This document shows positions 53,359-63,752 of a stretch of 64,000 bases of DNA, one piece after another. Position numbers and translations under genes: made by a program. Below the pieces are notes generated by a model. It saw only the letters and a program-made list of their open reading frames with translations, did not search any database and was not told the DNA's origin. Origin of the DNA: an uncultured Candidatus Saccharibacteria bacterium (GTDB lineage Bacteria > Patescibacteriota > Minisyncoccia > Phycocordibacterales > Zambryskibacteraceae); the NCBI GenBank assembly GCA_964355645.1, contig CAYHDI010000001.1, forward strand, positions 28,778 through 92,777, written 5' to 3'. Positions within the stretch are counted from its first letter, which is position 1. Every line of letters starts with the position of its first letter.

Positions 53359-55041
53359 ATGTTAATTTTCGATGAAGAAAAGGAAAAAGGGAAAGTGGAA
53401 ACACTCCTTAGACAAGAAGAAGAAAACTTGGCTTCGACTCTTTCGGCCAAATATGGTGTGCCGTACATTGACCTTTCGACTCATCCTATAAACATTGATG
53501 CTCTTCGAATAATTAAAGAAGCAGACGCGCGGGCTTCGGATACGGCGGCCTTTAATATCACAGACAAAAAAATAGATGTGGCGGTTCTTTCGCCTGCAAA
53601 CGAGAAGACTCTTCAAACCATGGAAGATTTGAAAGGTCGAGGATTTATTCCTCAGATGTATATGGTCTCGCACGCTTCTCTAAACAAAGTGTGGGACAGG
53701 TACAAGGATTTGTCTTATTCCTCAGAAACAAGTTCAGGCGCTTTGGATATTTCAAACGAAGACATTCTCGAAATGATGAAGAAGGTCGAGACCCTTGAAG
53801 ATGTGAAGAAACTCATCGAAGGAGTGCTTTCGATGAAACGCGCCTATAGAATTTCAAAAATTCTTGAAATAATTCTCGCCGGTGGTATCGCTCTCAAGGC
53901 CTCGGACATTCATATCGAACCGGAAGAAATCGCGGTCCGATTGCGCTATAGACTCGACGGCGTGCTCACAGATATTTTGAAATTTGATAAGGAAACCTTC
54001 GAACTTTTGCTCTCGAGAGTAAAATTGATTTCAAATTTGAAATTAAATACCAAGGCTCGAGCCCAAGACGGACGCTTCTCTATTAAACTCAAAGACACCG
54101 AAATTGAAATTCGTACTTCCCTCCTGCCTGGACCATACGATGAGTCCGTCGTGCTTCGTATCCTCACTCCGGAAGCCATCTCCGTACCTCTCGAGGAACT
54201 CGGCATTCATCCTCGACTGCTTGAAGTCTTGAAGAAAGAAATAACCAAACCGAACGGCATGATTCTCACCACTGGACCAACCGGTTCAGGAAAAACAACA
54301 ACTCTCTACGCCTTCCTGCGCAAAATTTATACTCCAGATATAAAAGTGATTACTATAGAAAATCCGATTGAATATCACATTAAAGGAATTGTTCAAACTC
54401 AAACGGATGAAGCGGGAGACTATACTTTCGCTTCAGGACTCAGAAGTGCTTTGCGCCAGGACCCCGACGTCATCATGGTTGGAGAAATTAGAGACAATGA
54501 GACGGCTGAGGTGGCGGTGAACGCTGCGCTCACCGGACACCTTGTGCTCTCAACTCTACACACGAATAACGCCGCGGGTTCATTCCCTCGTCTCTTGGAC
54601 CTCGGAGTAAATCCAAAAGTTATTTCTTCGGCTTTAAATGTTTCTATCGCCCAAAGATTGGTGAGGAAACTTTGTCCGGTTTGCAAAAAAGAAAAAATAT
54701 TAATCGGCAAGGATAAAGATTTGATTGAAAGAGTTATTTCTGAAATCCCTGATACAAGCTATCTCGAAGGAATTCAGAAAGAAAAAGTTTGGGAACCGGT
54801 GGGTTGTAAGGAGTGCAACAACCTAGGCTTCAAAGGCAGAATAGGTGTCTACGAAGCCATACAAATTGACAACACCATAGAGAAAGCGGTCATCGAAAAC
54901 CCGAGCGAGCGCGACATCGTCCTCGCGGCCAAACCACAGAAACTTTTGAATTTGGTGGAAGATGGAATTTTGAAAGTTCTCGCAGGAGTCACTTCAATCC
55001 CCGAACTCGAACGCGTCGTAGACCTTTCAAGAACAGAATAA
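53359..55041 (+). CDS. pilB: type IV pilus / type II secretion ATPase (PilB/GspE family)
   Basis: GSPII_E N-domain, Walker A GPTGSGKTTTL, Asp box, His box, tetracysteine motif. Confidence 0.9.
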   Translation: MLIFDEEKEKGKVETLLRQEEENLASTLSAKYGVPYIDLSTHPINIDALRIIKEADARASDTAAFNITDKKIDVAVLSPANEKTLQTMEDLKGRGFIPQMYMVSHASLNKVWDRYKDLSYSSETSSGALDISNEDILEMMKKVETLEDVKKLIEGVLSMKRAYRISKILEIILAGGIALKASDIHIEPEEIAVRLRYRLDGVLTDILKFDKETFELLLSRVKLISNLKLNTKARAQDGRFSIKLKDTEIEIRTSLLPGPYDESVVLRILTPEAISVPLEELGIHPRLLEVLKKEITKPNGMILTTGPTGSGKTTTLYAFLRKIYTPDIKVITIENPIEYHIKGIVQTQTDEAGDYTFASGLRSALRQDPDVIMVGEIRDNETAEVAVNAALTGHLVLSTLHTNNAAGSFPRLLDLGVNPKVISSALNVSIAQRLVRKLCPVCKKEKILIGKDKDLIERVISEIPDTSYLEGIQKEKVWEPVGCKECNNLGFKGRIGVYEAIQIDNTIEKAVIENPSERDIVLAAKPQKLLNLVEDGILKVLAGVTSIPELERVVDLSRTE

Positions 55042-55332
55042 TTGCGACAGACGAATAAACGCTGTCAATCATTGCTAACTCTTTCTTTCTGTGAATAATT
55101 GAAGGAAGGAGAGAAGCTCAAAAGCATAAATCTCCAAGCAACACTTTCAACCCGGAAGTTAAAAGTTAAGCGAGGCTTTCTAGGATAGTCTCAGAAAGCA
55201 TGAGGCCCCCAAGAACGTCCTCAAAGGAACGCCCGAAGTGCCTTGCGGCGGTTGTTGCTTAGAGATTTATGATTTGGAGCACTATTTGGAGAACAAAAAC
55301 CTCACTCAGTATCCTAGCATATAATAAATTTT

Positions 55333-56385
55333 ATGTCAAGTAAAAAGTCGCCGGCCAAAAAGATTACAAAAGGGGTAAATCCGCCAGCTGGCGGAGAAAG
55401 CGAAGAGGTTTTTGTAGGTGAAGAGCTTCGTCCCTCAAAATGGGATGATTATATTGGTCAAAAAGCGATTAAAGAGAATCTCCGAATCCTCCTCCAAGCC
55501 GCCTCAGAACGTGGTACTCCGCCTGAACATATCCTGTTTTATGGCCCCCCTGGGCTCGGGAAGACCACCCTGGCGCATTTGATATCCAAGACGACAGGAA
55601 GAGCCATGAAGATTACCTCGGGCCCCGCTCTCGAGAAGGTGGGTGACCTTGCTTCAATCCTCACGAACCTCACTCCAGGAGATATTTTATTCATTGATGA
55701 GATTCATCGCTTGAACAAAACTATTGAAGAAGTCCTCTACCCCGCGATGGAGTCCGGTTCACTCGACATCATTATTGGGAAAGGCCCTTCGGCTCGAACC
55801 ATTCAACTTGAACTCCCGCCTTTCACTTTACTCGCGGCTACCACCCGCGTCGCGATGATTTCTTCTCCGCTTCGTTCAAGGTTTTCGGGCGGAGTTTTTC
55901 GATTAGAATTTTATACAGATGAAGAAATAGAAAAGATTGTGAAGCGCTCGGCGAAAATATTGGGTGTAGAAACAGACGGCACCGCAGAAAAAGAAATTGC
56001 CAAGCGAAGCAGATTCACCCCGCGCACGGCCAACTACTTTTTGAAACGTGCGCGAGACTTCGCCCAAGTACACAAAAAAACTTTGGACAAAAATACCGTT
56101 GAGGAATCTCTGAAACTTCTCGGAATAGATGAGATTGGACTTTCTCCGTCGGACAGAAAACTTCTTGAAACTATGGCGAAGAAATTTAATGGTGGCCCCG
56201 TTGGTCTCGGTACTCTCGCCGCAGCTCTCTCCGAAGAAGAAGCGACCATCGAAGAATTCAACGAACCATATCTTATTCAAATGGGAATGATTGAACGTAC
56301 CCCGCGTGGTCGTACACTCTCCGAGGCCGCGTATCGACATCTGGATATTCCCATTCCCAAAAATTTACAAGAAAAGCTGTTGTAA
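55333..56385 (+). CDS. ruvB: Holliday junction helicase RuvB; NPPAGG palindrome in N-terminal tail (55380-55395)
   Basis: GPPGLGKTTLA Walker A, FIDEIHRL sensor, winged-helix C-terminus. Confidence 0.92.
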   Translation: MSSKKSPAKKITKGVNPPAGGESEEVFVGEELRPSKWDDYIGQKAIKENLRILLQAASERGTPPEHILFYGPPGLGKTTLAHLISKTTGRAMKITSGPALEKVGDLASILTNLTPGDILFIDEIHRLNKTIEEVLYPAMESGSLDIIIGKGPSARTIQLELPPFTLLAATTRVAMISSPLRSRFSGGVFRLEFYTDEEIEKIVKRSAKILGVETDGTAEKEIAKRSRFTPRTANYFLKRARDFAQVHKKTLDKNTVEESLKLLGIDEIGLSPSDRKLLETMAKKFNGGPVGLGTLAAALSEEEATIEEFNEPYLIQMGMIERTPRGRTLSEAAYRHLDIPIPKNLQEKLL

Positions 56386-56390
56386 CTAAC

Positions 56391-56870
56391 ATGGAAGATT
56401 TATCAAACTACAATAAGCTACGAGAAGATTCCTTAAATTTCTACAACAATATTGGAAAAATATTTTCTCCGATTTTCAAGGAAGAAATTTATTTCAGCGC
56501 AGAAGGATTCAATCATATTGTTTTCAAAGGATCACGATCAGAAAGGGAAAAGTCGTCTCAAATATTAAGATTCAAACTTTTACCTCTAGCCACAAAGCTA
56601 ATACAAATATCAACTACCTATCAAGAATTCGAGGAAACACTAAAAGAGTTTGAGGTTAAAAGTTATAAAAAACGAGTTAGAAAAACACGACCTGTGAAAT
56701 ATTGGGGTATCATTGCCATTATTGACGGAAGAAAAATTAAGGTGATTGTTAGAAAAATCGGAGACAATGGTCACCTTCATTTCTGGAGTATTGTACCAGC
56801 ATGGATGACAAACAAGTATCGCGATATAAAACTTTTTAGCACAATGAAGGGAAACCCTGAAGAAGATTAG
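56391..56870 (+). CDS. hypothetical protein (159 aa)
   Basis: ORF followed by terminator CACCGCCAGAGGCGGT (56881-56908). Confidence 0.4.
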   Translation: MEDLSNYNKLREDSLNFYNNIGKIFSPIFKEEIYFSAEGFNHIVFKGSRSEREKSSQILRFKLLPLATKLIQISTTYQEFEETLKEFEVKSYKKRVRKTRPVKYWGIIAIIDGRKIKVIVRKIGDNGHLHFWSIVPAWMTNKYRDIKLFSTMKGNPEED

Positions 56871-57042
56871 AAACAAAAACACCGCCAGAGGCGGTATCTT
56901 TGTTGTGCCTGCCTTCGGCTTAGCTTATAGCCGAATAGGGCTGACGCCCCACAAGCACATCCTCATTGTACCCCATGTGGGTACCAACTGTCCACACCTT
57001 ATCCAAAGTGTAAACTTTTATAAAAATAGCCCGCTAAACGGG

Positions 57043-57282
57043 CTATTGAAAATCTTCTCCATAATGACCTTCCTCTTCTTTTTTTTGAAGCTCTTTCAAA
57101 GCTTCGTACAAAATACCCGCTGCTTTTTGATTTCCTCTTTGCAAAAACCTCCATCCTGCTTGCTCAACCATCGTCATGGTCGATGACCAGATCCCCATCT
57201 CTTTCCACTTTGTCAAAAGCTGTGTATCTCCTTCAAGAGACCGCTCGAGCGCTCCATCTGAATACTGGATCCTTGGTCGCAT
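57043..57282 (-). CDS. small hypothetical protein (79 aa)
   Basis: ORF with terminator 57014-57046. Confidence 0.35.
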   Translation of the reverse strand: MRPRIQYSDGALERSLEGDTQLLTKWKEMGIWSSTMTMVEQAGWRFLQRGNQKAAGILYEALKELQKKEEEGHYGEDFQ

Positions 57283-57400
57283 CTTTCAAATCTCCAGTTA
57301 AGTGGTTTAAAGCCACAATGAACTTCTGCCCTGACTATGCCTATTTAATATTTATTGTCAAGCCATTGGAAACTTCTGTTAAAACCTATAAGCTATCTAT

Positions 57401-57931
57401 ATGTCAGGTCACAATAAATGGTCAAAGATTAAGAGGCAGAAAGAGGGCACAGATGCGGCTAAGTCTAAAATATTTGGGAAGATGGGAGCCTTGATTGCCT
57501 CTGAATCAAGACGAGCAAAAGGTGATACTTCTTCCCCATCGCTTCGAGCCGCGATTGAAAAAGCTCAAGGATACAATATGCCCAAAGATACAATTGACCG
57601 CGCGGTGAAGAAAGGTCTCGGTGCAGATGCAGAAACTATGGACGCTATTACCTATGAAGCCTATGGTCCGGGCGGTTCGGCTTTGATTATTGAAGCTCTC
57701 ACTACCAACAGAAACAAAGCGGCTCAAGAAGTGAAGCATGCTCTCGCTCTCCATGGATTCGAACTTGCCACACCCGGTTCGGCCACTTGGGCTTTCAAAA
57801 GAGAGCACCACGAGTGGATACCCACGATGACTATTCCCCTTTCGCCCGAAGACGAAACTATTTTAGAAAAAGTTATAAATGATTTAGAAGAAAATGAAGA
57901 GATTCAAGAAGTCTATACCAATGCAGAGTAA
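57401..57931 (+). CDS. YebC/PmpR-family protein (short)
   Basis: MSGHNKWSKIKRQK N-terminus. Confidence 0.8.
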   Translation: MSGHNKWSKIKRQKEGTDAAKSKIFGKMGALIASESRRAKGDTSSPSLRAAIEKAQGYNMPKDTIDRAVKKGLGADAETMDAITYEAYGPGGSALIIEALTTNRNKAAQEVKHALALHGFELATPGSATWAFKREHHEWIPTMTIPLSPEDETILEKVINDLEENEEIQEVYTNAE

Positions 57932-58478
57932 ACCAGAAGTCGAAAGTCGAAAGTCGAAAGTGTTGGCGATTGATCCTGGGTTTGATCGAATTGGGATAGC
58001 TATTCTTGTGAAGGAGGAAACAAACCCCACTTCGCCAAGGCTTCGAGGGGCGAGGGAGAAGCTTTTGTTTTCTGAATGTATCCTTACAAACAAAAAAGAA
58101 ACTCAATCTGAAAGATTAAAACAAATTGGTTTAGAGATTAAAAAAATAATAAAGAAATGGCATCCGAAAAGTTTGGCTATAGAGAAATTATTTTTTAATC
58201 AAAACACTTCGACCGCTCTACGAGTAGCCGAAGCGCGCGGAGTAATATTGTACGAATCAATTTGTGCTGGGCTCGAAATCTTCGAATACAGTCCCCAGGA
58301 AATAAAGCTTGCCGTCACAGGATATGGGAAAGCCGGCAAGAAAGAAGTGGAAACTATGACTTTAAGACTTTTGACTTTAAAGACTGCCCCTAAATATGAT
58401 GATGAGATGGACGCTCAGGCGATTGGTATCACTCATCTCGTTTCTTATAAACACAAAAGATTGCTATCCACAGATTGA
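57894..58478 (+). CDS. ruvC: crossover junction endodeoxyribonuclease RuvC
   Basis: VLAIDPGFDRIGIAIL catalytic N-terminus. Confidence 0.85.
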   Translation: MKRFKKSIPMQSKPEVESRKSKVLAIDPGFDRIGIAILVKEETNPTSPRLRGAREKLLFSECILTNKKETQSERLKQIGLEIKKIIKKWHPKSLAIEKLFFNQNTSTALRVAEARGVILYESICAGLEIFEYSPQEIKLAVTGYGKAGKKEVETMTLRLLTLKTAPKYDDEMDAQAIGITHLVSYKHKRLLSTD

Positions 58479-58551
58479 AGCTCTAGTTTGTTTGCAAAAG
58501 ATACGGGCATTTGCTACAAATATGGAGTTAAAAATAAAACGATAATACAAA

Positions 58552-58734
58552 ATGGACGATCTTTTAAAAGATGACCTTAAGGACGAAGAATTCGACGACC
58601 CGTTCCTCCCAGGCAAGAAACCTGTAGTTCCTCTTGATGAAGAAGACCTTGATCCGAATACTGTTTCAATTGATGAAATCATAGACGAAGAGGAAGAAGA
58701 GGAAGAAGGATTCGGCGACGTAGATGAAATGTAA
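58552..58734 (+). CDS. small acidic (Asp/Glu-rich) protein
   Basis: ORF followed by terminator ATCCGTCACT-AACA-AGTGACGGAT T5 (58751-58778). Confidence 0.45.
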   Translation: MDDLLKDDLKDEEFDDPFLPGKKPVVPLDEEDLDPNTVSIDEIIDEEEEEEEGFGDVDEM

Positions 58735-58864
58735 GAAAAAATCCGTCACTAACAAGTGACGGATTTTTGCATTTTCGCACGAAAGAACAACTGTGAAGGT
58801 TCGAAGTAACGGGTCAACTCCTCCAAAGATCTAGGGGCTTACACTCCAACTAACGCCCCCTCTT

Positions 58865-59674
58865 CTACCTTTCGAAATATCTCTCTGCTTCTTCCCTTTC
58901 ATCAAGAAGTGGTGAGTGTAGGTTACGTGTGTGCAATTCTCTTTCAATCGTGTGCATACGTGTGGCTTCTCTTTCGCCTGCTTCTCTTGCGTGTGCATCG
59001 TGAAGCTTCTTTGCTCCCTTCTTCCGAGCTCTGACAACTGCCAGTTCTCGTTCTCCGAGTTCCTTTCGGAGTTCGGATATCAACTGAATCAACTCAACTT
59101 TGCTTTTCTGTTCAAGCTTCTCGCTTTTCACAATGGGAGCGAGAAAGATCCACCCGCCGTTACGATTGAGTTCCTCATCAGGGTCATCCTTACACTCTGC
59201 GGTATGCCACCACTCGGGACCGCTAGGGCAAATACTGAGATGGAGAATGGTGCCGAGAAAAGGCCCGTCGTTTTTTTCAATGACAATGGGCTCGTGCATA
59301 ACAACAAGCCACTCCACTCCCATCTTCTTCAAATCTTCCCCAGAAAGAGATTCGGAAAGAAGCGAGGCAACTTCAATCGGAGGGATTTGACAGTTAAGAC
59401 CAATTGCTACTGCCGCAACTTCTGCCTCCGACGGATCCTCGGGAAATTCTGTACCCTTGATAACGACGGGTTGATAAATTACACCTGTCGTTAGGCGAGA
59501 ACTTTTCTCGAGAAGCTTATTTACTTTTCTGTCATCAAAGGAATACTCTGTCTTCAACATTTTGATGAGCTTTTTCGAAATCCGACCGCAGGAAATAACC
59601 GGAGGAAGGTGGAGAAGCTGAATCTTTTTCCTTGTCTTAGACACAAAATCCTCACTTTTCAAGGTTCGAAACAC
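58865..59674 (-). CDS. hypothetical protein (269 aa)
   Basis: ORF only. Confidence 0.4.
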   Translation of the reverse strand: MFRTLKSEDFVSKTRKKIQLLHLPPVISCGRISKKLIKMLKTEYSFDDRKVNKLLEKSSRLTTGVIYQPVVIKGTEFPEDPSEAEVAAVAIGLNCQIPPIEVASLLSESLSGEDLKKMGVEWLVVMHEPIVIEKNDGPFLGTILHLSICPSGPEWWHTAECKDDPDEELNRNGGWIFLAPIVKSEKLEQKSKVELIQLISELRKELGERELAVVRARKKGAKKLHDAHAREAGEREATRMHTIERELHTRNLHSPLLDEREEAERYFER

Positions 59675-59862
59675 TAGAACAGGAGAGATTCCTGATCCAT
59701 ACCAAAAATTCCTTGAGAGTTCTAAGTTTTACGTCCGTGAGCTCACAATATTTATAGGACGACCTATCTGTCTTACTTACTATTAGACTAGCATAGTCTG
59801 GGTTTTTTGTCAAGCATTCTTTATTTCACCTCAAAATAGGGTTACAATGACACAAGTTAAAC

Positions 59863-60327
59863 ATGAAAAAACTCACTTGGGAGAATATAGAAATAATGAC
59901 AGACGAATTGGCCACAAAAATTAAAACTAGTGGTTTTAAACCTGATTATATTATCGGCATCACAACCGCCGGGTTAATTCCCCTTTATTTTATGGCAAGG
60001 AAATTAGATAACATACGTAATATTTTAACTGTATCAGTAAACTCTTATGATAAGGACAAGAGAAAAAATTTAGAAATTTTATACTTACCCGAAATAGATT
60101 TGAGTAATAAAAAAGTATTGCTCGTAGATGAAATTTCAGGCACTGGCGACACACTAAAAAGCGTTTCCAATATTTTAGTTGATAAATACAAAGTAGGAGA
60201 GTTAAAAACGGTTACTTTGGTTGTGTCGAAGAGCAGTAAGTTTTATCCTGACTTCTACTCTTTGGAAGACGGGAGTGATTGGGTTGTGTTTCCTTGGGAC
60301 AAACATGAGTTTCCAGAACACTTCTAA
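59863..60327 (+). CDS. phosphoribosyltransferase (purine PRTase-like)
   Basis: PRPP-binding motif VLLVDEISGTGDT. Confidence 0.8.
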   Translation: MKKLTWENIEIMTDELATKIKTSGFKPDYIIGITTAGLIPLYFMARKLDNIRNILTVSVNSYDKDKRKNLEILYLPEIDLSNKKVLLVDEISGTGDTLKSVSNILVDKYKVGELKTVTLVVSKSSKFYPDFYSLEDGSDWVVFPWDKHEFPEHF

Positions 60328-61508
60328 AGTATTTCTATTTTTATAAATCTTCGTTTCCCTACTTTCAAAATAATATCTGACATTACTGTTTCGTCCGCGG
60401 ATTTAATCGGTTCGCTCGTTTCCGCGTTTGTGATGGCACCTTCATCTATGAGTCTTCGCCACTCACTTTTGGATTCAACTATTTTTTCAGCAAGCAAGGC
60501 GTCGATTATTTTCGACCCAAGCATAACTTGAACAACCGGAACATCGTTTGGAATTTTTCTCTCTGAGAAAGTTTTGATAAAATTTTCTTCGGCAAACTTG
60601 GCCGATTTTTCTCCGTGATACAACGCGACAATTTCTCGAGCCAAATGCATCTTGGCATCTTTGGGATGAAGTTTCTCACTCTCGAGATCTTCTGATATCT
60701 TTTTTATTTCTTCTTCAGAAACTCTGGTGCACAATTCAAAATAAATTAACATTTGAGCATCAACAATACTCATAACCTTCCCGTACATATCATTCGGTTC
60801 AGCGTTTAAATTTATTGTATTTCCCCAGCTTGAACTCATCTTGCGACCGTCCAAGCCCTCTATGAGCGGGCTCATAATGATTGATTGTGGTTCCTGCCCG
60901 TACTTCACCTGAAGAGTTCTACCGGCCAAAAGATTAAACCTCTGGTCCGTTCCTCCAAGCTCTATATCAGCTTTGACGGCGACGCTGTCGTATCCCTGCA
61001 TAAGCGGGTACAGAACTTCTCGAAGCGAAACCCTCTTCCCTGCATCTAATCTTTTTTTAATATTCTCTCGATCTATAAAATCAGAAACCGAAAAGCAGTC
61101 GGCCTGTTCTCCTATCTCTCTAAAAGTTAAGGTCTCGAGCCATTCACTGTTTTGCCTCAATTCCGCTTTGTCCAAATCAATAATCTTGCCAATTTGTTCA
61201 AAATAAGTTTTTTTGTTTTCTTCTATTTTTTCTTTGTTGAGCATTGGACGCTCGCTGTCTTTGTCCGAAGTATCTCCGATGATACCAGTGAAATCCCCAA
61301 TGATTAAAACCGCGATATGCCCGTCCTTTTGAAAATCTCTGAGTTTGAGGAGGGGGATAGAACGTCCAATATGAATATTTGGGCTCGTTGGATCAATTCC
61401 TAGTTTAATACGAAGCTTCTTGCCCGAGTTTAATTTCTCTTGAAGTTCTTTCGCCCCGATGATTTCGGACACCCCGCGGGTCAAAAGGTCGTTTTCTGTA
61501 GATTTCAT
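60324..61508 (-). CDS. tyrS: tyrosyl-tRNA synthetase
   Basis: class I HIGR and KMSSS motifs. Confidence 0.88.
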   Translation of the reverse strand: MKSTENDLLTRGVSEIIGAKELQEKLNSGKKLRIKLGIDPTSPNIHIGRSIPLLKLRDFQKDGHIAVLIIGDFTGIIGDTSDKDSERPMLNKEKIEENKKTYFEQIGKIIDLDKAELRQNSEWLETLTFREIGEQADCFSVSDFIDRENIKKRLDAGKRVSLREVLYPLMQGYDSVAVKADIELGGTDQRFNLLAGRTLQVKYGQEPQSIIMSPLIEGLDGRKMSSSWGNTINLNAEPNDMYGKVMSIVDAQMLIYFELCTRVSEEEIKKISEDLESEKLHPKDAKMHLAREIVALYHGEKSAKFAEENFIKTFSERKIPNDVPVVQVMLGSKIIDALLAEKIVESKSEWRRLIDEGAITNAETSEPIKSADETVMSDIILKVGKRRFIKIEIL

Positions 61509-61540
61509 ATAGGTTCAATTTAACATGTTAGAATGAATTA

Positions 61541-63751
61541 ATGAAGTTTTGGAAATATTTGCCTGGTTGGAAAAACAAGCTTCTTTTTGTTGTCTCAGCC
61601 GGTCTTGTCCTCCTAGGAATTCTTTTCCTGTGGGCAGCCACTCTGCGAGTCCCGGACCTTTCTGATTTGGCCACAAGGAAAGTGGTCCAATCGACCAAGA
61701 TTTATGACCGCACAGGGCAGATTCTCCTCTATGATATGTCTCAAAACGTGAGACGCACTCTTGTACCTTTTGAAGACATTTCTCCGTATATTAAAAACGC
61801 CACTCTGGCCATAGAAGACAAGAATTTTTATACTCACGGAGGCGTCGACCCTCAATCAATCCTTCGAGCAATATATGTAGACATCACGACCCTATCTACA
61901 AAACAGGGTGGTTCAACTATCACTCAACAGGTGGTGAAAAATTCTATTCTGACAGGAGACAAAACCGTCACCAGGAAACTAAAGGAGCTGGTTCTCGCTC
62001 TTAAACTCGAAAAGGTCTTAACCAAGGACCAGATTTTTAATCTTTATCTAAACGAAATTTCTTATGGTGGAAGCATTTATGGCGTTGAGGAAGCTTCTGA
62101 AAACTTTTTTGGCAAACCAGCGAAAGAAGACACTTTGACGGAAGCGGCCTACCTAGCCGCAATGGAAAACGCGCCGACTTTTTATTCTCCGTATGGACCG
62201 AACAGAGACAAACTTGAAGCTAGAAAAAATCTAGTCCTCAGAGAAATGCTCAACAACAAATTTATCACTCAAGATGAGTTTGATAAATCAACGAAAGAAA
62301 CCGTCACCTTTAAACCAAAAGAAAATACCGGCGGAATCAAGGCCCCACACTTTGTTTTCTTTGTTATTGATTATCTGGTAAAAAGATATGGGGAGGATGT
62401 TCTCGACACAGGTGGTTTGAAGGTCACGACCACTCTCGACTACGATATCCAATCTAAAGCTGAAGTTTTGGCCAAACAATACGGTATAAGCAACCAAGAA
62501 AAATTCCATGCGGACAATGATGCGGTAGTGGCCATAGATCCAAAGACAGGAGACCTTCTCGCCATGGTTGGTTCTCGGGATTATTTTGACAAAACGATAA
62601 ACGGCAACTTCAATGTGGCCACAGCACATAGACAGCCAGGTTCAACCTTTAAACCTTTTGTTTATTCGACTCTTTTCAACAAAGGATATACTCCTGAGAC
62701 AATCCTCTTTGATGTCCCGACCCAATTCAATCCTTCATGCGCCCCTTACAATACTATCGATGATGCTACCCGAAGCGCTGATGGTTGCTATGCCCCAGTT
62801 GATTATGATGGAAATTATCGAGGCCCGATGACTATTCGCGATGCCCTCGCTCAATCAATCAACATTCCCGCGGTTGAAGCCCTCTATCTCGCGGGAGTTC
62901 AAAATTCTCTAAATTTGGCGAAGGATATGGGCATAGACAAACTGGCCTCGTCTGATCAATACGGACTTTCCCTCGTCCTTGGTGGTGGTGAAGTTTCTCC
63001 GCTTGATATTACTTCGGCTTATTCAGTCTTTGCTAATGATGGAATCCGGAATCCTTACAATTTAATTTTAGAAGTTCAAGATGAAAACGGACGAGTCCTT
63101 GAAGAGGCTTCTTATTCTCCTAAACGCGTCCTTGATGAAGAAACGGCTAGAAAAATCTCAAGCATTCTTTCTGATAACGTGGCCAGGACTCCTGCCTATG
63201 GGGCAAATTCTGTTTTGTATATTCCGAACCAAGATGTCGCGGTCAAAACAGGAACCACGAATGATTATAAAGACGCATGGATAGTCGGATACACCCCGAA
63301 CATCACGGTGGGCATGTGGGTTGGAAACAACGAGAACACCCCGATGGACAAAAAGGTGGCCGGATACATCGTAGCCCCAATGTGGAGAGATTTGATGGAT
63401 CAGATTCTTCCGAATCGGCCTGTGGAATCTTTTGTCTCTCCGACTCCCGATGAATCGACAATTAAACCGGTGCTTCGCGGGGTCTGGCAGGGAGGATTTT
63501 CAAATCTCACCTCAAACAATAATCAAACAACAGAAATTATTTCCGGGGGGGTTCATTCAATTCTTTATTGGGTAAACAAAGATGACCCTCGAGGGCCTAT
63601 TCCGTTTGATCCGTCTAATGACCCTCAATTCAAAAATTGGGAATATTCTGTTCGCAATTGGGTTGTCTCGCATGGAATAAAAGACAATCCTGTTTATCGC
63701 CCTGTGTTAACAAACTTTGGAAAAGAAACTTCAACCACTACTCCGTTTTAA
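61541..63751 (+). CDS. class A penicillin-binding protein (glycosyltransferase GT51 + transpeptidase)
   Basis: EDKNFYTHGGVD GT51 motif; STFKPF (SxxK); N-terminal TM. Confidence 0.9.
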   Translation: MKFWKYLPGWKNKLLFVVSAGLVLLGILFLWAATLRVPDLSDLATRKVVQSTKIYDRTGQILLYDMSQNVRRTLVPFEDISPYIKNATLAIEDKNFYTHGGVDPQSILRAIYVDITTLSTKQGGSTITQQVVKNSILTGDKTVTRKLKELVLALKLEKVLTKDQIFNLYLNEISYGGSIYGVEEASENFFGKPAKEDTLTEAAYLAAMENAPTFYSPYGPNRDKLEARKNLVLREMLNNKFITQDEFDKSTKETVTFKPKENTGGIKAPHFVFFVIDYLVKRYGEDVLDTGGLKVTTTLDYDIQSKAEVLAKQYGISNQEKFHADNDAVVAIDPKTGDLLAMVGSRDYFDKTINGNFNVATAHRQPGSTFKPFVYSTLFNKGYTPETILFDVPTQFNPSCAPYNTIDDATRSADGCYAPVDYDGNYRGPMTIRDALAQSINIPAVEALYLAGVQNSLNLAKDMGIDKLASSDQYGLSLVLGGGEVSPLDITSAYSVFANDGIRNPYNLILEVQDENGRVLEEASYSPKRVLDEETARKISSILSDNVARTPAYGANSVLYIPNQDVAVKTGTTNDYKDAWIVGYTPNITVGMWVGNNENTPMDKKVAGYIVAPMWRDLMDQILPNRPVESFVSPTPDESTIKPVLRGVWQGGFSNLTSNNNQTTEIISGGVHSILYWVNKDDPRGPIPFDPSNDPQFKNWEYSVRNWVVSHGIKDNPVYRPVLTNFGKETSTTTPF

Positions 63752-63752
63752 A